Shown: piece after piece, positions 33,253 through 45,073 of the stretch
Layout of the letters: every line of letters starts with the position of its first letter
Position numbering within the stretch: the stretch's first letter is position 1
NCBI GenBank assembly: GCA_963714275.1
Contig: CAVQNT010000002.1
Span: 672,001-736,000, forward strand
Length of the DNA stretch: 64,000 bases
Reading direction: 5' to 3'
Source of the DNA: Candidatus Bathyarchaeota archaeon
GTDB lineage: Archaea > Thermoproteota > Bathyarchaeia > Bathyarchaeales > DTEX01
Position numbers and translations under genes: made by a program
Notes under the pieces: generated by a model
The model's input: only the letters and a program-made list of their open reading frames with translations
Databases searched by the model: none
What the model was told of the DNA's origin: nothing

Positions 33253-33294
33253 TCTGTTTTGTGTGACAATAAAGTTTTCCGTTTGTATGACAAT
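33253..33294 (+). repeat. 42-bp dispersed repeat copy
   Basis: TCTGTTTTGTGTGACAATAAAGTTTTCCGTTTGTATGACAAT. Confidence 0.8.
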
Positions 33295-33374
33295 GAAGAT
33301 TGAACATTTTTCTATTCTGCGTTGAATTAATATTACATCATGGGATGCAACTATCATAGACAAGTTTGATGTGC

Positions 33375-35775
33375 CTATTCTTCCGTTTTCTTTTCTACGA
33401 CGAATGTTGGGAACTCTTTGAGCCGTTCAGCCATTTCTCTGAGGCGTTTGTCGACTTTGTGGCTGATTGTGTTTTCCTCGAATGTTCCATCAGGTTTTTT
33501 CTTGCCAGCTTTAGTGCCAGTTAAGACTTCGATGCCTTCGTCTATGGTTTTCACCGAGTAGAGGTGGAACCTCCCATCTTTGACTGCCTCAACTATCTCC
33601 TCTTTCAGCATCAGGTTCTGAACGTTGCTTTCTGGCACCATCGCTCCTTGGTCGCCCGTGAACCCCCCTGCCTTGCACACTTCGTAGAATCCTTCGATTT
33701 TCTCGTTCACTCCGCCGATGGCTTGAACCTCGCCTTTCTGGTTAACTGAGCCTGTGACAGCAATGTTTTGTTTGATTGGGACTTCTGACAAGGCTGAAAT
33801 AAGGGCGTACAACTCTGTGCTTGAGGCGCTGTCCCCTTCGACTCCGCCGTAGCTCTGCTCAAAAACGAGGCGTGCGGAAAGGCTTAGAGGCTTGTCCCGA
33901 GCGTACTCATCCGAAAGGTAGCCGCTGAGAATCAACACTCCCTTCGTGTGGATGGGTCCGCCGAGCTTCGCTTCCCTTTCGATGTCCACGACTCCTTCGC
34001 GACCGATGCCTATGCTTGCCGTAACACGGGACGGCGTGCCGAAGCTGAAGTCTCCCATGCCCGAAACTGATAAACCGTTAACCTGCCCGACTGCTGAGCC
34101 CTCCGTGTCTATGAGGAGGACTCCGCGTTTAATCATCTCCTGAATTTTTTCCTGAATCATGTTTGACCTATAGATTTTTTCTTCAATCGCCCTTTTGACG
34201 TGGTCTGCCATGATGTAGTCGGAGTTGTCTTGAACCGCGTAAAAGTTGGCTTCCCGAATAATGTCCGCCACATCAGCGAACCTTGTGGAAAGCTTTTCTT
34301 GGTCCTCCGCAAGCCTCGACCCATACGCGATTATCTTAACAACCGCTGAAGCATCAAGATGTTTGAGGTTCCCTTTCTGGCAGAAGGCGCAGATGAAAGC
34401 TGCGTACTTGTGCATATTTTCTTCCGTGCGAACCATTGTGGTGTCGAAGTCCGCTTTAACCTTGAACAGCTCCTTGAACTGCGCGTCGTACATGTAAAGC
34501 ATCTCGTAAAGAAGCGGACTCCCGATGAGAACAACCTTAACATTCAACGGAATAGGCTCAGGCTTCAGTCCCTTCGTGGTAATGAACCCTAAGCTTTCGC
34601 CTGCCTCCTCAATCGTGACTTCCCTGTTAGTCAAAGCCCTCTTCAGGCTGTCCCACGAAAGCACATTGACAAGCGTTTCCTCGGCTGGAAGCACCAAATA
34701 GCCGCCATTAGCCCTGTGCAACGAACCGCCGTGAACCATCGTGAAGTCGGTAGTTAAGACCCCAAACCTTGCTTCCTTCTCGATTCTACCAATAAGGTTA
34801 TGGTAGGTGGGATTCCGTTCAACCACGACTGGCGCGCCCTTAAGTTCGGAGTTGTCAATGATGACCTTCACTTCGTACTTCCTGAATGGAAGCTCCTCCA
34901 TCCACGGAAATGGTTGCTGAGCCTTAGGTTCTCCGATAAACTGGTCAAGATTTTCGAGAACATCGTTCTGGACAGCGTTTAAATACTCGATGATTTCTTT
35001 AAAGTCCTTGTATTTTTCTTTAAGTTCGTTAACCGCAAACTCGATTGTGTAAAGGGCAACATCACGGTCCATCTTCTTAATTTCTTCGTCAGTCTTCTTC
35101 GCCAACCCTCTGAGCTGCCTCATTGCGTTCCTCAAGTCAGCGTTCAAAGTGTCCCTTCTCTTCTGAATTTCAGCCCTCAATTCAGGACTCAACGAAAGAA
35201 AATCTTTCTCGTTTAAAGGACGACCTTTCACGACAGGAATAGTCAACAATCCAACAGGGCTGCTTTGGAGGACGAAGCCTTCAGACTTGGGCTTTCTTGT
35301 TAAGTTCCGCGAAGAGCTGCTCCCTTTCGGTTTCTATGGCTCCAATCGTGGCTTCCCTTTTCGCAGTGTAATCCTCGCTTTCGAACGCCTTTGGAAGTCC
35401 CTTTCGCACCTCATCGATGAGGTTTGCCAAGTCCTTCTGAAAAACTTTTGCTTTCCCCGGAGGAAGACTTATCGCGTTAGGCTCGTAGGAATTCTGAAAA
35501 TTGTACACGTAACACCAATCGTTTGGAACAGGCTTTGTTTTCGCTACTTCCTCCAAAAAGTTTTTAACGGTAGTGGTTCTGCCTGTGCCAGAAACGCCTG
35601 CCGCATAAATGTTGAACCCACGTTCCTTTATGTCTATTCCGAACCTTAACGCCCGAATAGCCCTTTCCTGACCGATGATCTCTTCAAGTGGCGACAACTC
35701 CTCGGTCGTGTCACATTTCATTAAGTTAGGATCACATTCTTTCCGAAGATCCTCAGGAGCCAATTCCCTGACCAA
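33375..35775 (-). CDS. LonC-type (AAA_32) Lon-like protease (frameshift near 35285)
   Basis: IIGQERA, GTGRTT, ANGGYL, VGQVNGL, EGDSAS (Ser), NEKIEG (Lys). Confidence 0.9.
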
Positions 35776-35879
35776 ACAAACTCACCCCAAAACAATAAAC
35801 ATCCGTACATTGTATTATGTTTTATTTGTTCTTAAAAATATGCATGGAAGCTGAATGCCCTTTAGGTTAACATGTCGCA

Positions 35880-37237
35880 TCATGCTTCGAAGGAACGAAT
35901 CAGTGAGGCTGCAAACTTTATGGAGTTCATGTAATCCTTGATTTTTATGTTTTCGTTGGGCGCGTGAGCCTTGGAATCTGGGTATCCGACGCCGCCTGCA
36001 GAAGCAACGGGGATTCCCATCCAATTCTTAACCACGTAAATTGGGCTTGTCCCCGCAACCGTCGGCCAAACAACAGGTTTAGAGCCATAAATCCTTTCAG
36101 CTGTTTCGATCACCCGCTTCACAAACGGGTCGCCGAGAGGAGTCTTCGCAGGCTCGTAGCCGCTGTGGTTTATGACCGTTATGTCGCCGAATCTTTGGCT
36201 TATCAAGTACTTTTTTAACCGTTGGAGCTGAACATCGGGTTTCTGAGCCTCAACCAGCCTGAAGTCAACCTTAGCCATAGCTTCGGAAGGCAGAACAGTC
36301 TTTGAGCCTGGTCCCGTGTATCCACTTCAAACCCAGCGATGTTGCATGTCGGCGAAAAACGCAGAATTTTCTGGCTCTCAATGCCCGTTACTCCGTGAAG
36401 GTATTCTTTGAGTCCCAGTTCTTCCTTGATTGTCTCTTCGTCGAAGGGCGCTTCTTTAAGCAACTGAACCTCCTTTTCGGTCGGCGGAACCACCTCGTCG
36501 TACCAGCCTGGAATCTTGATTTTCTCGTCTGGTCCTTTTAATGATGAAAGCAGCCAAACCAGCCTCCACGCTGGGTTTGGAACAACAGGAGCCATGGACG
36601 AATGCACATCCCTTTTTGGTCCCTTGGCTCTGAACTCCACGTAAAGTATGCCTTTGACGCCGAGGCTGACGTTCGGTCGGTTGTGCTGGTCCACGCCGTC
36701 GCCTTCCCACACGTAGCCATCGGCTTTCAGAAGGTCCATGTTTCCTTTTACAAAGGACCCGAGGTGTGGACTTCCAATTTCCTCCTCGCCTTCCACGAAG
36801 AACTTCAGGTTCATGGGGATTCGTCCGTAAACCGCCTTCAAAGCCTTAACAGCCTCCAAACGGGCTACGAGGCTTCCCTTGTTGTCTTCGACACCTCGAG
36901 CAAAGATTTTTCCGTCCACGACTTTGGCTTCGAAGGGAGGAGAATCCCACAGCTCCAAGGGTTCAGGAGGCTGCACATCGTAGTGGTTGTAGAATCCCAG
37001 AGTCTGCTTAGCACCTTGCAACTTGAGTTCGCCAAAAACGACGGGGTTTCCATCCCTAACCGGAATAACCTTGACATCGATTCCAGCCTCAGTCATCATT
37101 TCTGTCAAGAGATGAACGCATTCGTGTATGCCTTTGTTTTGTGCGGAAATGCTTGGCTGTTTGCAGATTTTTCGTAGGTCTTCAACGTAGCCATCAACGT
37201 GCGAGTCGATGTAACTAAACAATTTCTGCGTGGACAT
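35880..37237 (-). CDS. M20/M25/M40 family metallopeptidase (frameshifted)
   Basis: HYDVQP, RGVEDNKG, EGEEEIGS, HAPNE. Confidence 0.9.
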
Positions 37238-37327
37238 TTACCCTTAATCCTCCAAACTAAATGAGTTATTGTGAACCGCATGGACTATAAGCTTTAAGCC
37301 AAAAACGACGCAGCTGGATTACACATT

Positions 37328-37828
37328 TTACCACGGCAATTTCCCGTGCTTCTTAACGTAACTCACAAGCCCGCCCTCGGAAAGAATAACCCTCAGCTGA
37401 GGCGGAAAAGGCTTAACAGCGTAGGATTCGCCTTTCGAAATGTTCCTGACAACCCCCTTCGCCAAATCGACCTCAAGGAGGTCTCCTTCACTAATTCTGT
37501 CAGCCTGTTCGCATTCAACCGCGGGCAACCCAATGTTCAAGGCGTTCCGGTAAAAGATTCGTGCAAAAGACTTCGCGATGACGGCAGACACACCCAGATG
37601 CATGAGGACAAGAGGCGCCTGTTCACGGCTTGAGCCGCAACCAAAGTTTTTTCCTGCAACCACATAGTCGTCTTTCTGAACCTTTTCAGCAAAATCAGGC
37701 ATGGCAGCTTCCATCGCGTGCTTCGAAAGCTGGTCAAGGTCAGTTATGCTGAGCTTGTATTTTCCCGAGATTATGATGTCGGTGTTGACGTCGTCCCCGA
37801 ACTTCCAAGACTTGCCACTTTTTACCAA
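37328..37828 (-). CDS. leuD: Isopropylmalate/homoaconitase-type dehydratase small subunit (paralog 2)
   Basis: [26 protein letters not shown]. Confidence 0.88.
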   Translation of the reverse strand: MVKSGKSWKFGDDVNTDIIISGKYKLSITDLDQLSKHAMEAAMPDFAEKVQKDDYVVAGKNFGCGSSREQAPLVLMHLGVSAVIAKSFARIFYRNALNIGLPAVECEQADRISEGDLLEVDLAKGVVRNISKGESYAVKPFPPQLRVILSEGGLVSYVKKHGKLPW

Positions 37829-37833
37829 TCAGC

Positions 37834-39096
37834 CTAAGCCTCCTTCAACAATCTTCTAGGGTCAGTTAACTTACCCTCAACCGCCGTGGCAGCTGCAGTC
37901 GCAGGCGAAACCAAGAAAATCTGGGACTCCACGCTTCCCATCCTCGCCTTAAAGTTGCGGTTAGACGTGGAAACACACACTTCGCCAGACGCCAAGATGC
38001 CTTGATGCCCACCAGCGCACGGTCCACAACCCGGATTGCAGACTGCACACCCAGCGTTAACAAAAACCTCGATTAAACCTTCCTTCAAAGCCTGCATGTA
38101 AACCGTCCGCGACGCAGGGGTAACAATCACACGTACTCCTTTCTTCGCTTTCTTTCCTTTCATGATTTCCGCCACTATTCGAAGGTCATACATTCGCCCG
38201 TTTGTGCACGAGCCAATGAACACCTGATTGACCTCTTTTCCCTCAACCTCCGAGACGGATTTAACGTTGTCAACTAAGTCTGGGCACGCAACTTGAGGTT
38301 CAAGGTTTGACGCATCAAAACGAAGCTCCCCACAATACTCGGCGTCCTCATCACTCTTGAATCCCGCGTGAGGCTTGTGCCCCAGCGATTTCAGGTAAGC
38401 AGCGGTCTTCGCATCAGGTTCAACCAAGCCCGTTTTAGCGCCCATCTCAATAGCCATGTTCGAAAGAGTTAGCCTCCCTTCAACATCCATCGCCTTAATG
38501 GTTGACCCCTGATATTCTATGGCTTTATAGCTGGCTCCGTCAGCCTTCACGGTTCCAACAATCTTCAAAATCACGTCTTTAGGGAAAACCATAGGCGGTA
38601 GCTCACTGTCTACGGTAACCTTCAATGTTTCAGGAACCTTGAACCACAGCTTCCCCGATAAGAAAACAGCAGCCATCTCCGTTGAGCCTATACCCGTGGC
38701 GAAGGAGCCAATTGCCCCGTAAGTGCACGTGTGAGAGTCAGAGCCGACGACGAGACCGCCCGGAAACGCCAAACCAGATTCGACCATGAGCTGGTGGCAC
38801 ACGCCTGAGCCCACCTCGTAAAAGTTGGTTCCGTGTTGAAGGGCAAACTCCCGCAGGTTTTTCTGAACCGCTGAAATGGCTTCGTTGGCGCTTGGCGCAA
38901 CATGGTCGATGACAGCCGCGACCTTGGAGGGGTCCCAAAGCCGTTTTCCACCCATCTCCCTGAAGGCGTCTATCACGAGCTTCGCCATCGAATCGTGCAT
39001 CATGGCAGCATCAATGTTCGCGATGACGATGTCTCCCCTGTAGGCTTCCTTTCCCGAAGCGTGGCTAAGAATTTTTTCGGATATGGTCTTGCCCAT
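37834..39096 (-). CDS. leuC: Isopropylmalate/homoaconitase-type dehydratase large subunit (paralog 2)
   Basis: [25 protein letters not shown]. Confidence 0.88.
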   Translation of the reverse strand: MGKTISEKILSHASGKEAYRGDIVIANIDAAMMHDSMAKLVIDAFREMGGKRLWDPSKVAAVIDHVAPSANEAISAVQKNLREFALQHGTNFYEVGSGVCHQLMVESGLAFPGGLVVGSDSHTCTYGAIGSFATGIGSTEMAAVFLSGKLWFKVPETLKVTVDSELPPMVFPKDVILKIVGTVKADGASYKAIEYQGSTIKAMDVEGRLTLSNMAIEMGAKTGLVEPDAKTAAYLKSLGHKPHAGFKSDEDAEYCGELRFDASNLEPQVACPDLVDNVKSVSEVEGKEVNQVFIGSCTNGRMYDLRIVAEIMKGKKAKKGVRVIVTPASRTVYMQALKEGLIEVFVNAGCAVCNPGCGPCAGGHQGILASGEVCVSTSNRNFKARMGSVESQIFLVSPATAAATAVEGKLTDPRRLLKEA

Positions 39097-39177
39097 TTTC
39101 CAAACCTCAACAAACTGAATATACCATTCTAAAAAAGGTTGTCCTCCAAAAAGAAGGTTACGCCACTCGTTTGATGC

Positions 39178-40705
39178 CTAATCTTGTGGTTTGTCTTGAC
39201 GTCTCTGTCTCGCCAGCAGCTTGTTTATGCCATTAATCATGGCTTCGACGCTTGCCATCACGATGTCTTCGCGGGCGCCCCTTGCGGAAATGACGTTTCC
39301 GTCTTTGCCCTCGACCTTTATTATGACCTCTGCAACAGCGTTCGACCCGCCTGTCAACGCCTCGAGACGGTACTCCGTTAACCGCACATTTGCGAGATTA
39401 TTCGTTATTTTCTGAATAGCCTTAATGGCAGCGTCCACTGGACCGACGCCTGTTTCAGCAGCAATGTAATCTTTGCCGTCAAGCGTCAGCTTCACCGACG
39501 CTGTGGGGATAACGTGGATGCCGGTTGTTACCGCGAAATCGGTCAGATTAATGATCCGTTCTTCAGCAGCCTCGCCGATGACGGTTCTGGAAATGGCAAA
39601 CAGGTCGTCGTCCGTCACGGTTTTGCCTTTGTCGCCCAAGTCTTTCACGCGGTTCACAATCTCCAGAAGCTGAGCTTCGTTCGGATGAAGCCCTGACTCT
39701 TCAAGTTCAGCCTTTATCCCGTGTTTCCCGGCGAGCTTGCCAGCTATCAGCCTTCTCCGTCTGCCTACGACCTCTGGGCTGAACGGTTCAAAAGTCAAAG
39801 GCTCCACGGTCACGCCTCGCGTGTGGACGCCTGACTCGTGCGAGAAAGCGTTTTCGCCGACGATAGCCTTGTTCGGCTGAATCATGATGCCCGTTAATCG
39901 GGAAACAAGCCTTGAGGTGCCGTAAAGGAGCTGCGTGTTTATCCTTGTCTTCTTTTTGTAGATGAGCTGAAGCCCCATCACGACCTCTTCCAGCGACGCG
40001 TTCCCCGCTCTTTCTCCTAAACCGTTCACGGCTACATGGACTTGGGATGCACCCCCGACCACTCCAGCTAAAGAGTTCGCAACAGCTAAGCCGAAATCGT
40101 TGTGGCAGTGAACGCTTAAGGGAGTCTTCAAAACGGCTTTAAGGTCCCGAATCGAGCTTTTCCATAGAATTGGGTTTCATGATGCCCACGGTGTCCGGAA
40201 TGTTGATTCGGTCTGCTCCCGCTTCTTCTGCTACTTTGCAGATTTTCTTCAGAAAAGCTATCTTAGTTCGCGTCGCATCCATCGGAGAAAACTCGCAGAC
40301 GACTCCGTGGTCCTTAATGTACTGGACTGAGTCCAGCGCAGCTTTCAAAACCTGTTCAGGAGTCATGCCTAAAGCGTACTTCATCTGGACTTCTGAGGTT
40401 GAGATAAAAGTATGAATTGAATTTGGGTTGCACGCCAAGGCAATGTCCAAATCGTTCTTCTTTGTTCGGGTTAAACAGCAGACCTCAGCCTTCAAACCTG
40501 CGGACACGATGTTTTTGATGGCTCTTTGTTCACCCTCGGACGACGATGGAAACCCAGCCTCAATCGTGTCGACGCCTAGATTGTCGAGCTGCACAGCAAT
40601 CTCCAACTTCTGTTCAGGCGTAAGAGACACGCCAGGCGTCTGCTCTCCATCCCTCATGGTTGTATCGAAAATTCTGATTTTTTCCATGTCTTTCTTATCC
40701 TCCAA
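39178..40705 (-). CDS. leuA: 2-isopropylmalate synthase family with regulatory domain (frameshift near 40140)
   Basis: [33 protein letters not shown]. Confidence 0.85.
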
Positions 40706-40715
40706 AAACCGTTAC

Positions 40716-41747
40716 CTAAAGATTCAATTCCGCAATCTCGGCAGCTATGGCTTCACCCATCTGAACCGTTGTGAGCTTGCCTCCGAAATCTGGAACCGTT
40801 AATCCCTTGCTTAGGGCTTTAACCATGCCTTCTTCGACTGCGTCAGCTGCCTTTTTACACGTAGGATCGTTGTGTTTTTCGCTTAGCCATTCAAGCATCA
40901 TCTTCGAAGCCAAAACCATCGAACACGGGTTAGCTGTGTGCTTGCCAACTCTCGTAGGCGCAGCCCCGTGGACGGGTTCAAAAAGGGCAAAGTTGTCGCC
41001 AATATTCGCGCCCGGAGCCATACCGAGTCCGCCAACCAGCTGGGCTGCCTCATCCGAGAGGATGTCGCCGAAAAGGTTCGTCGTAACAATCACGTCGTAC
41101 TCTTGGGGTTCCTTGATCAGCCTCATCGAAGCCGCGTCAACGTACTGTTCGTTGAAGATTACGTTCGGATACTTCTTTGCGACTTCCCTGCAAACCTCGG
41201 CAAAGAGCCCGCACGTCTTCCTCAAAACGTTGGCTTTGTGGACAGCTGTAACTTTTCTTTTGCCGTTTCTTTGCACCACTATTTCGAAGGCTTTTTTGGC
41301 TATGCGTTCGCTTCCTTTTCGGGTGATGACTCTTAATGCGATGGCAGCATCGTCAATCATGAACTCGAAGCCCTTGTAGAGTCCCTCCGTGTTTTCCCTC
41401 ACAATAACGAGGTCGATGTCACCTCTATGGCACGGCACCCTAGGATACGCCTTTATTGGACGAATGTTGGCGTAAAGGTCAAACATCATCCTCAACTTAA
41501 CAACAACGTCAGCAGCAGTTTCGCCCACTGGTCCCTTAAGGCATACATGAGAGTCACGAATCGCCTCAACAGTTTCTTCGGGAAGCGCAACTCCCCTTTT
41601 TTCCAGACAAGCGTCACCTGCCTCCAATTTAGTGAAGCCAAGCTTAAGACCAAACTTTTCCTGAACCGCATCCATGACGCAAAGCGTGGTTTCAGTTAAT
41701 TCTGGACCGATTCCGTCTCCCGGAATTAGGGCGACTTTGTATTTCAC
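40716..41747 (-). CDS. leuB: 3-isopropylmalate dehydrogenase family
   Basis: GDGIGPE, RENTEG, HKANV, NLFGDILSD, EPVHG. Confidence 0.9.
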   Translation of the reverse strand: MKYKVALIPGDGIGPELTETTLCVMDAVQEKFGLKLGFTKLEAGDACLEKRGVALPEETVEAIRDSHVCLKGPVGETAADVVVKLRMMFDLYANIRPIKAYPRVPCHRGDIDLVIVRENTEGLYKGFEFMIDDAAIALRVITRKGSERIAKKAFEIVVQRNGKRKVTAVHKANVLRKTCGLFAEVCREVAKKYPNVIFNEQYVDAASMRLIKEPQEYDVIVTTNLFGDILSDEAAQLVGGLGMAPGANIGDNFALFEPVHGAAPTRVGKHTANPCSMVLASKMMLEWLSEKHNDPTCKKAADAVEEGMVKALSKGLTVPDFGGKLTTVQMGEAIAAEIAELNL

Positions 41748-42244
41748 GGGTTTTTTCCTCCTTTCTTTTTCAGATGAGCGATTAAACCTCCGTCCTGCAG
41801 AATCTTGAGTATGAATTCGGGAAGCTTCGTTGCCTTGATGGTGCGGTTCCGTGTTTCGTTCACGATTCGTCCTTCTTCAAGGCTGACTGCGAGCACATCG
41901 CCTTCCTCGACCTCTTTCGAGACGTTTGGGCTTTCAAGAACAGGCAACCCGATGTTGATTGCGTTCCTGAAAAATATTCGGGCAAAGGACTCGGCAAGTA
42001 TGCACTTTACGCCAGCATACTTTAGAGCCAACGGAGCCTGCTCACGGCTTGAGCCACACCCGAAGTTTTTTCTAGCAACAATGATGACTCCGTTTTTGGC
42101 TTTTTCCGAAAAGTTCGGGTTCAACCCTTCCATCGCGTGCTTCGCCATCTCCGTTGGGTCCAGCAAAGTCAAGTATTTTCCGGGAATAATGGCGTCGGTG
42201 TTTACGTCGTCTCCGAAAACCGTGGCTTTACCTGAAACCTTCAA
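41744..42244 (-). CDS. leuD: 3-isopropylmalate dehydratase small subunit
   Basis: [23 protein letters not shown]; TTG start just after the leuC stop. Confidence 0.9.
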   Translation of the reverse strand: MKVSGKATVFGDDVNTDAIIPGKYLTLLDPTEMAKHAMEGLNPNFSEKAKNGVIIVARKNFGCGSSREQAPLALKYAGVKCILAESFARIFFRNAINIGLPVLESPNVSKEVEEGDVLAVSLEEGRIVNETRNRTIKATKLPEFILKILQDGGLIAHLKKKGGKNP

Positions 42245-42248
42245 ATTG

Positions 42249-43512
42249 CTAAGCCTCCTGAAAATATGCTGGGTCAACAATCTTGCCAGCAACAGCTGAA
42301 GCAGCAACGGTAGCTGGAGAAGCCAAGTATATTTGGGCTTCAGGGCTGCCCATTCTTCCTACAAAGTTTCTGTTAGAGGTGCTAACGCAGACTTCGCCAG
42401 CAGTAAGTAATCCCATGTGACCGCCGAAACAGGCTCCACACGTAGGATTGCACACGAAACCCCCAGCCTTCACAAAAACCTCGAACAAACCACGCTGCAA
42501 AGCCTGCATGTAAACCTCCTGCGAAGCTGGAGTAACGATCAGCCTCACGTCTCTAGCGACCTTTCTTCCATCAAGGAACCTTGCTGCTAGTTCAAGGTCT
42601 TCCAGCCGACCGTTTGTGCATGAGCCTATGAAAGTCTTGGTCAATTTTGGTTCCTTCGACGTCTTTGACTGGCTTCACGTTGTCAACCGAGTGCGGGCAT
42701 GCAACCTGAGATGTAAGCTTGTCCAAGTTCACCTCAACCGTTTTTTCGTATGTCGCATCTAGGTCGCTTGTTAAAACCTTGAATGGCTTATCGGTGACGG
42801 TTTTAACGTATTCCAGAGTAACCTTGTCTGGGTTGATTAAGCCCGTTTTGGCGCCCATCTCAACCGTCATGTTGCAGATAGTCATTCGTCCGCTCATACC
42901 GATTCCGCTAATGGCTGAGCCCGTAAACTCTACAGCCCTGTAGTTTGCGCCGTCAGCTCCGACCTCGCCAATTACGTGTAATATGAGGTCTTTGGGAGCC
43001 ACGGACTTCTGGAATTTTCCGTCCACCACGATTCTGATGGACGATGGAACCCTAAGCCAGATCGTTCCAGTGGCGAAGACTCCAGCCATCTCGGTTGAGC
43101 CTATACCCGTAGCGAAGGAGCCTACGCAACCATAGGTGCACGTGTGAGAGTCTGCGCCTACTACGAGTTCGCCTGGGAGAACGTGACCTTTCTCAACCAT
43201 GACTTGGTGGCAAACGCCTCCGTGACCTACGTCATAAAACAACGGAATGCTCTGTTCTTTGGCGAAGGTTCTCATGATTTTGTGAAGCTCAGCTGACTTC
43301 ACGGAGTCAGCGGGAACATGATGGTCCAGAATCATGACTACGCGTTTCTTGTCCCAAACTTTCGGAGTTCCGATTTCCTTGAACGCTTGGATGGCGAGTG
43401 GACCAGTGATTTCGTTAATCATTGCCTCGTCGACTTTGGCGTCTACGATGTCGCCTAGTTTAACCTCATCCTTTCCCGAAGCCGACGCGAGAATTTTCTC
43501 CGCAATGTTCAT
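42249..43512 (-). CDS. leuC: 3-isopropylmalate dehydratase large subunit (frameshift near 42640)
   Basis: [30 protein letters not shown]. Confidence 0.9.
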
Positions 43513-43541
43513 TATCTTCGTTTTTCCATGATGTCTTAATG

Positions 43542-44532
43542 TTACTTTTCGATGCCTGAGGTCTTCCTAATGGTCTTGCCAACCTGTTCAAGCGGATGCT
43601 TCTCAATCTCGTCCATGAGGGCTTTGAGCTTCTTTTCTCCAGACTTGTGATCCTCAACCCATTCTTTGGCGAAACTGCCGTCTTGGACAGCTTTTGCGGC
43701 TTTTTTCATGTTTTCTTTAACGTGGCTGTCAACAACTTTAGGACCTACTATCAGTCCGCCGTATTTTGCTGTGTCTGACACCGCTCGAAGCATGCCGATG
43801 ATTCCTTTCTGGTATATGAGGTCCATTATGAGTTTGGCTTCGTTGCAGGCTTCGAAGTAGGCTAGCTCAGCTGGATAGCCGTTTTCAACGAGCACCTCGA
43901 ACCCGTTCTTTATGAGTCTCAATTAAGCCGCCAACCAGAACCGTCTGTTCCCCAATGAGGTCGCTTTCAGTCTCATCCTTGAAAGTGGTCTCGATAACTC
44001 CAGCCCTTGTGCTGCCAAGCGCCTTCGCAGCAGCCAAAGCGGTCTCCATGGCTTTGCCTGAAGGATTCTGGTAAACAGCAACCAATGCAGGCACCCCGAA
44101 GCCGTTTTGATATGTTTCCCTTAGCCTGATGCCTGGACTTTTTGGAGCAACCATTATCACGTCCACATTTTTTGGTGGGACAATCTGTTTGAAGCGGATG
44201 TTGAAGCCGTGGGCGAAGTCCAAGGTCTTGCCTTCAGACAGGTAGGGAGTGATTGATTGCTTGTAAATGTCGGGTTGAACCATGTCGGGCACCAAAACGA
44301 AGATAACGTCAGCCTTTTTCGCTGCTTCTGAGATTTGGTAGACTTTGAATCCGTCTTTTTTGGCTCTTTCCCAAGATTCTCCTCCTGACCTGAGGCCTAC
44401 GATGACATTTAAGCCTGAGTCTCTCATGTTCTGAGCTTGCGCGTGTCCTTGGCTGCCGTATCCGATTACGGCTATTGTTTTGTCTTTCAACGGATTTAGA
44501 GATGCGTCTTTTTCGAAATATACCTTAACCAT
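43542..44532 (-). CDS. ilvC: Ketol-acid reductoisomerase (frameshifted)
   Basis: [37 protein letters not shown]. Confidence 0.95.
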
Positions 44533-44551
44533 TTTCCGAATTCACCTTTCC

Positions 44552-45073
44552 TTACTCCATTCTTGTTGATCTCATTCCTCTTGATAATGCAGTAACGCCT
44601 GTTCTCGCAATTTCCTTCAAGCCGAAGGGTCTCATCAACTCGATGAAGGCGTTTATTTTGTCCGAGTCGCCCGTGATTTCGACGACTAACGAATCGTGCG
44701 CAACGTCAACGACGTGTCCCTTAAAGATTTCAGTGTAGTTGATGACGTCCGACCTGACCTTCGTGTCAACCGTGTTCACTTTGACAAGCGCCAGCTCCCT
44801 GGAAACAGTGTTTTCAGGCTCCAGAATGCTGACTTTAACGACGTCTATGAGTTTCTGGAGCTGCTTAACGCTTTGTTCAACCATTCTTTCGTCTCCCTTG
44901 ATCGTCACCGTCAACCGGGCAAGGTCCTTCTGTTCTGCTGCTCCAACAGTTATGGTTTCAATGTTGAAGCCTCTCCTTCGGAACATGTTGGAGACGCTGT
45001 AGAGCACACCGGGCTTGTGTTCAACGATTGCTGATACTATATACATTTTTTCTTCTTTCGGCATACAAATCAC
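44552..45073 (-). CDS. ilvH: Acetolactate synthase small subunit
   Basis: EHKPGVL, RRGFNI, RELALVKV, EIARTG. Confidence 0.93.
   Translation of the reverse strand: MICMPKEEKMYIVSAIVEHKPGVLYSVSNMFRRRGFNIETITVGAAEQKDLARLTVTIKGDERMVEQSVKQLQKLIDVVKVSILEPENTVSRELALVKVNTVDTKVRSDVINYTEIFKGHVVDVAHDSLVVEITGDSDKINAFIELMRPFGLKEIARTGVTALSRGMRSTRME

Noticed and set aside
35560-35600. Walker A GTGRTT (Lys->Arg) in the Lon-like protease as a novelty
   Set aside because: A degenerate ATPase module is a known property of LonC-type proteases.
39097-39177. TGGAGGACAA shared with the ilv leader, and mini-ORF MVYSVC
   Set aside because: The match is mostly an SD-like core; the region is adequately explained as a small hairpin plus U-tract between leuA and the second leuC.
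40771-41379. Long antisense ORFs (also 36602-37177, 48055-48588, 50406-50951)
   Set aside because: Shadow frames opposite well-supported genes, with no motifs of their own.
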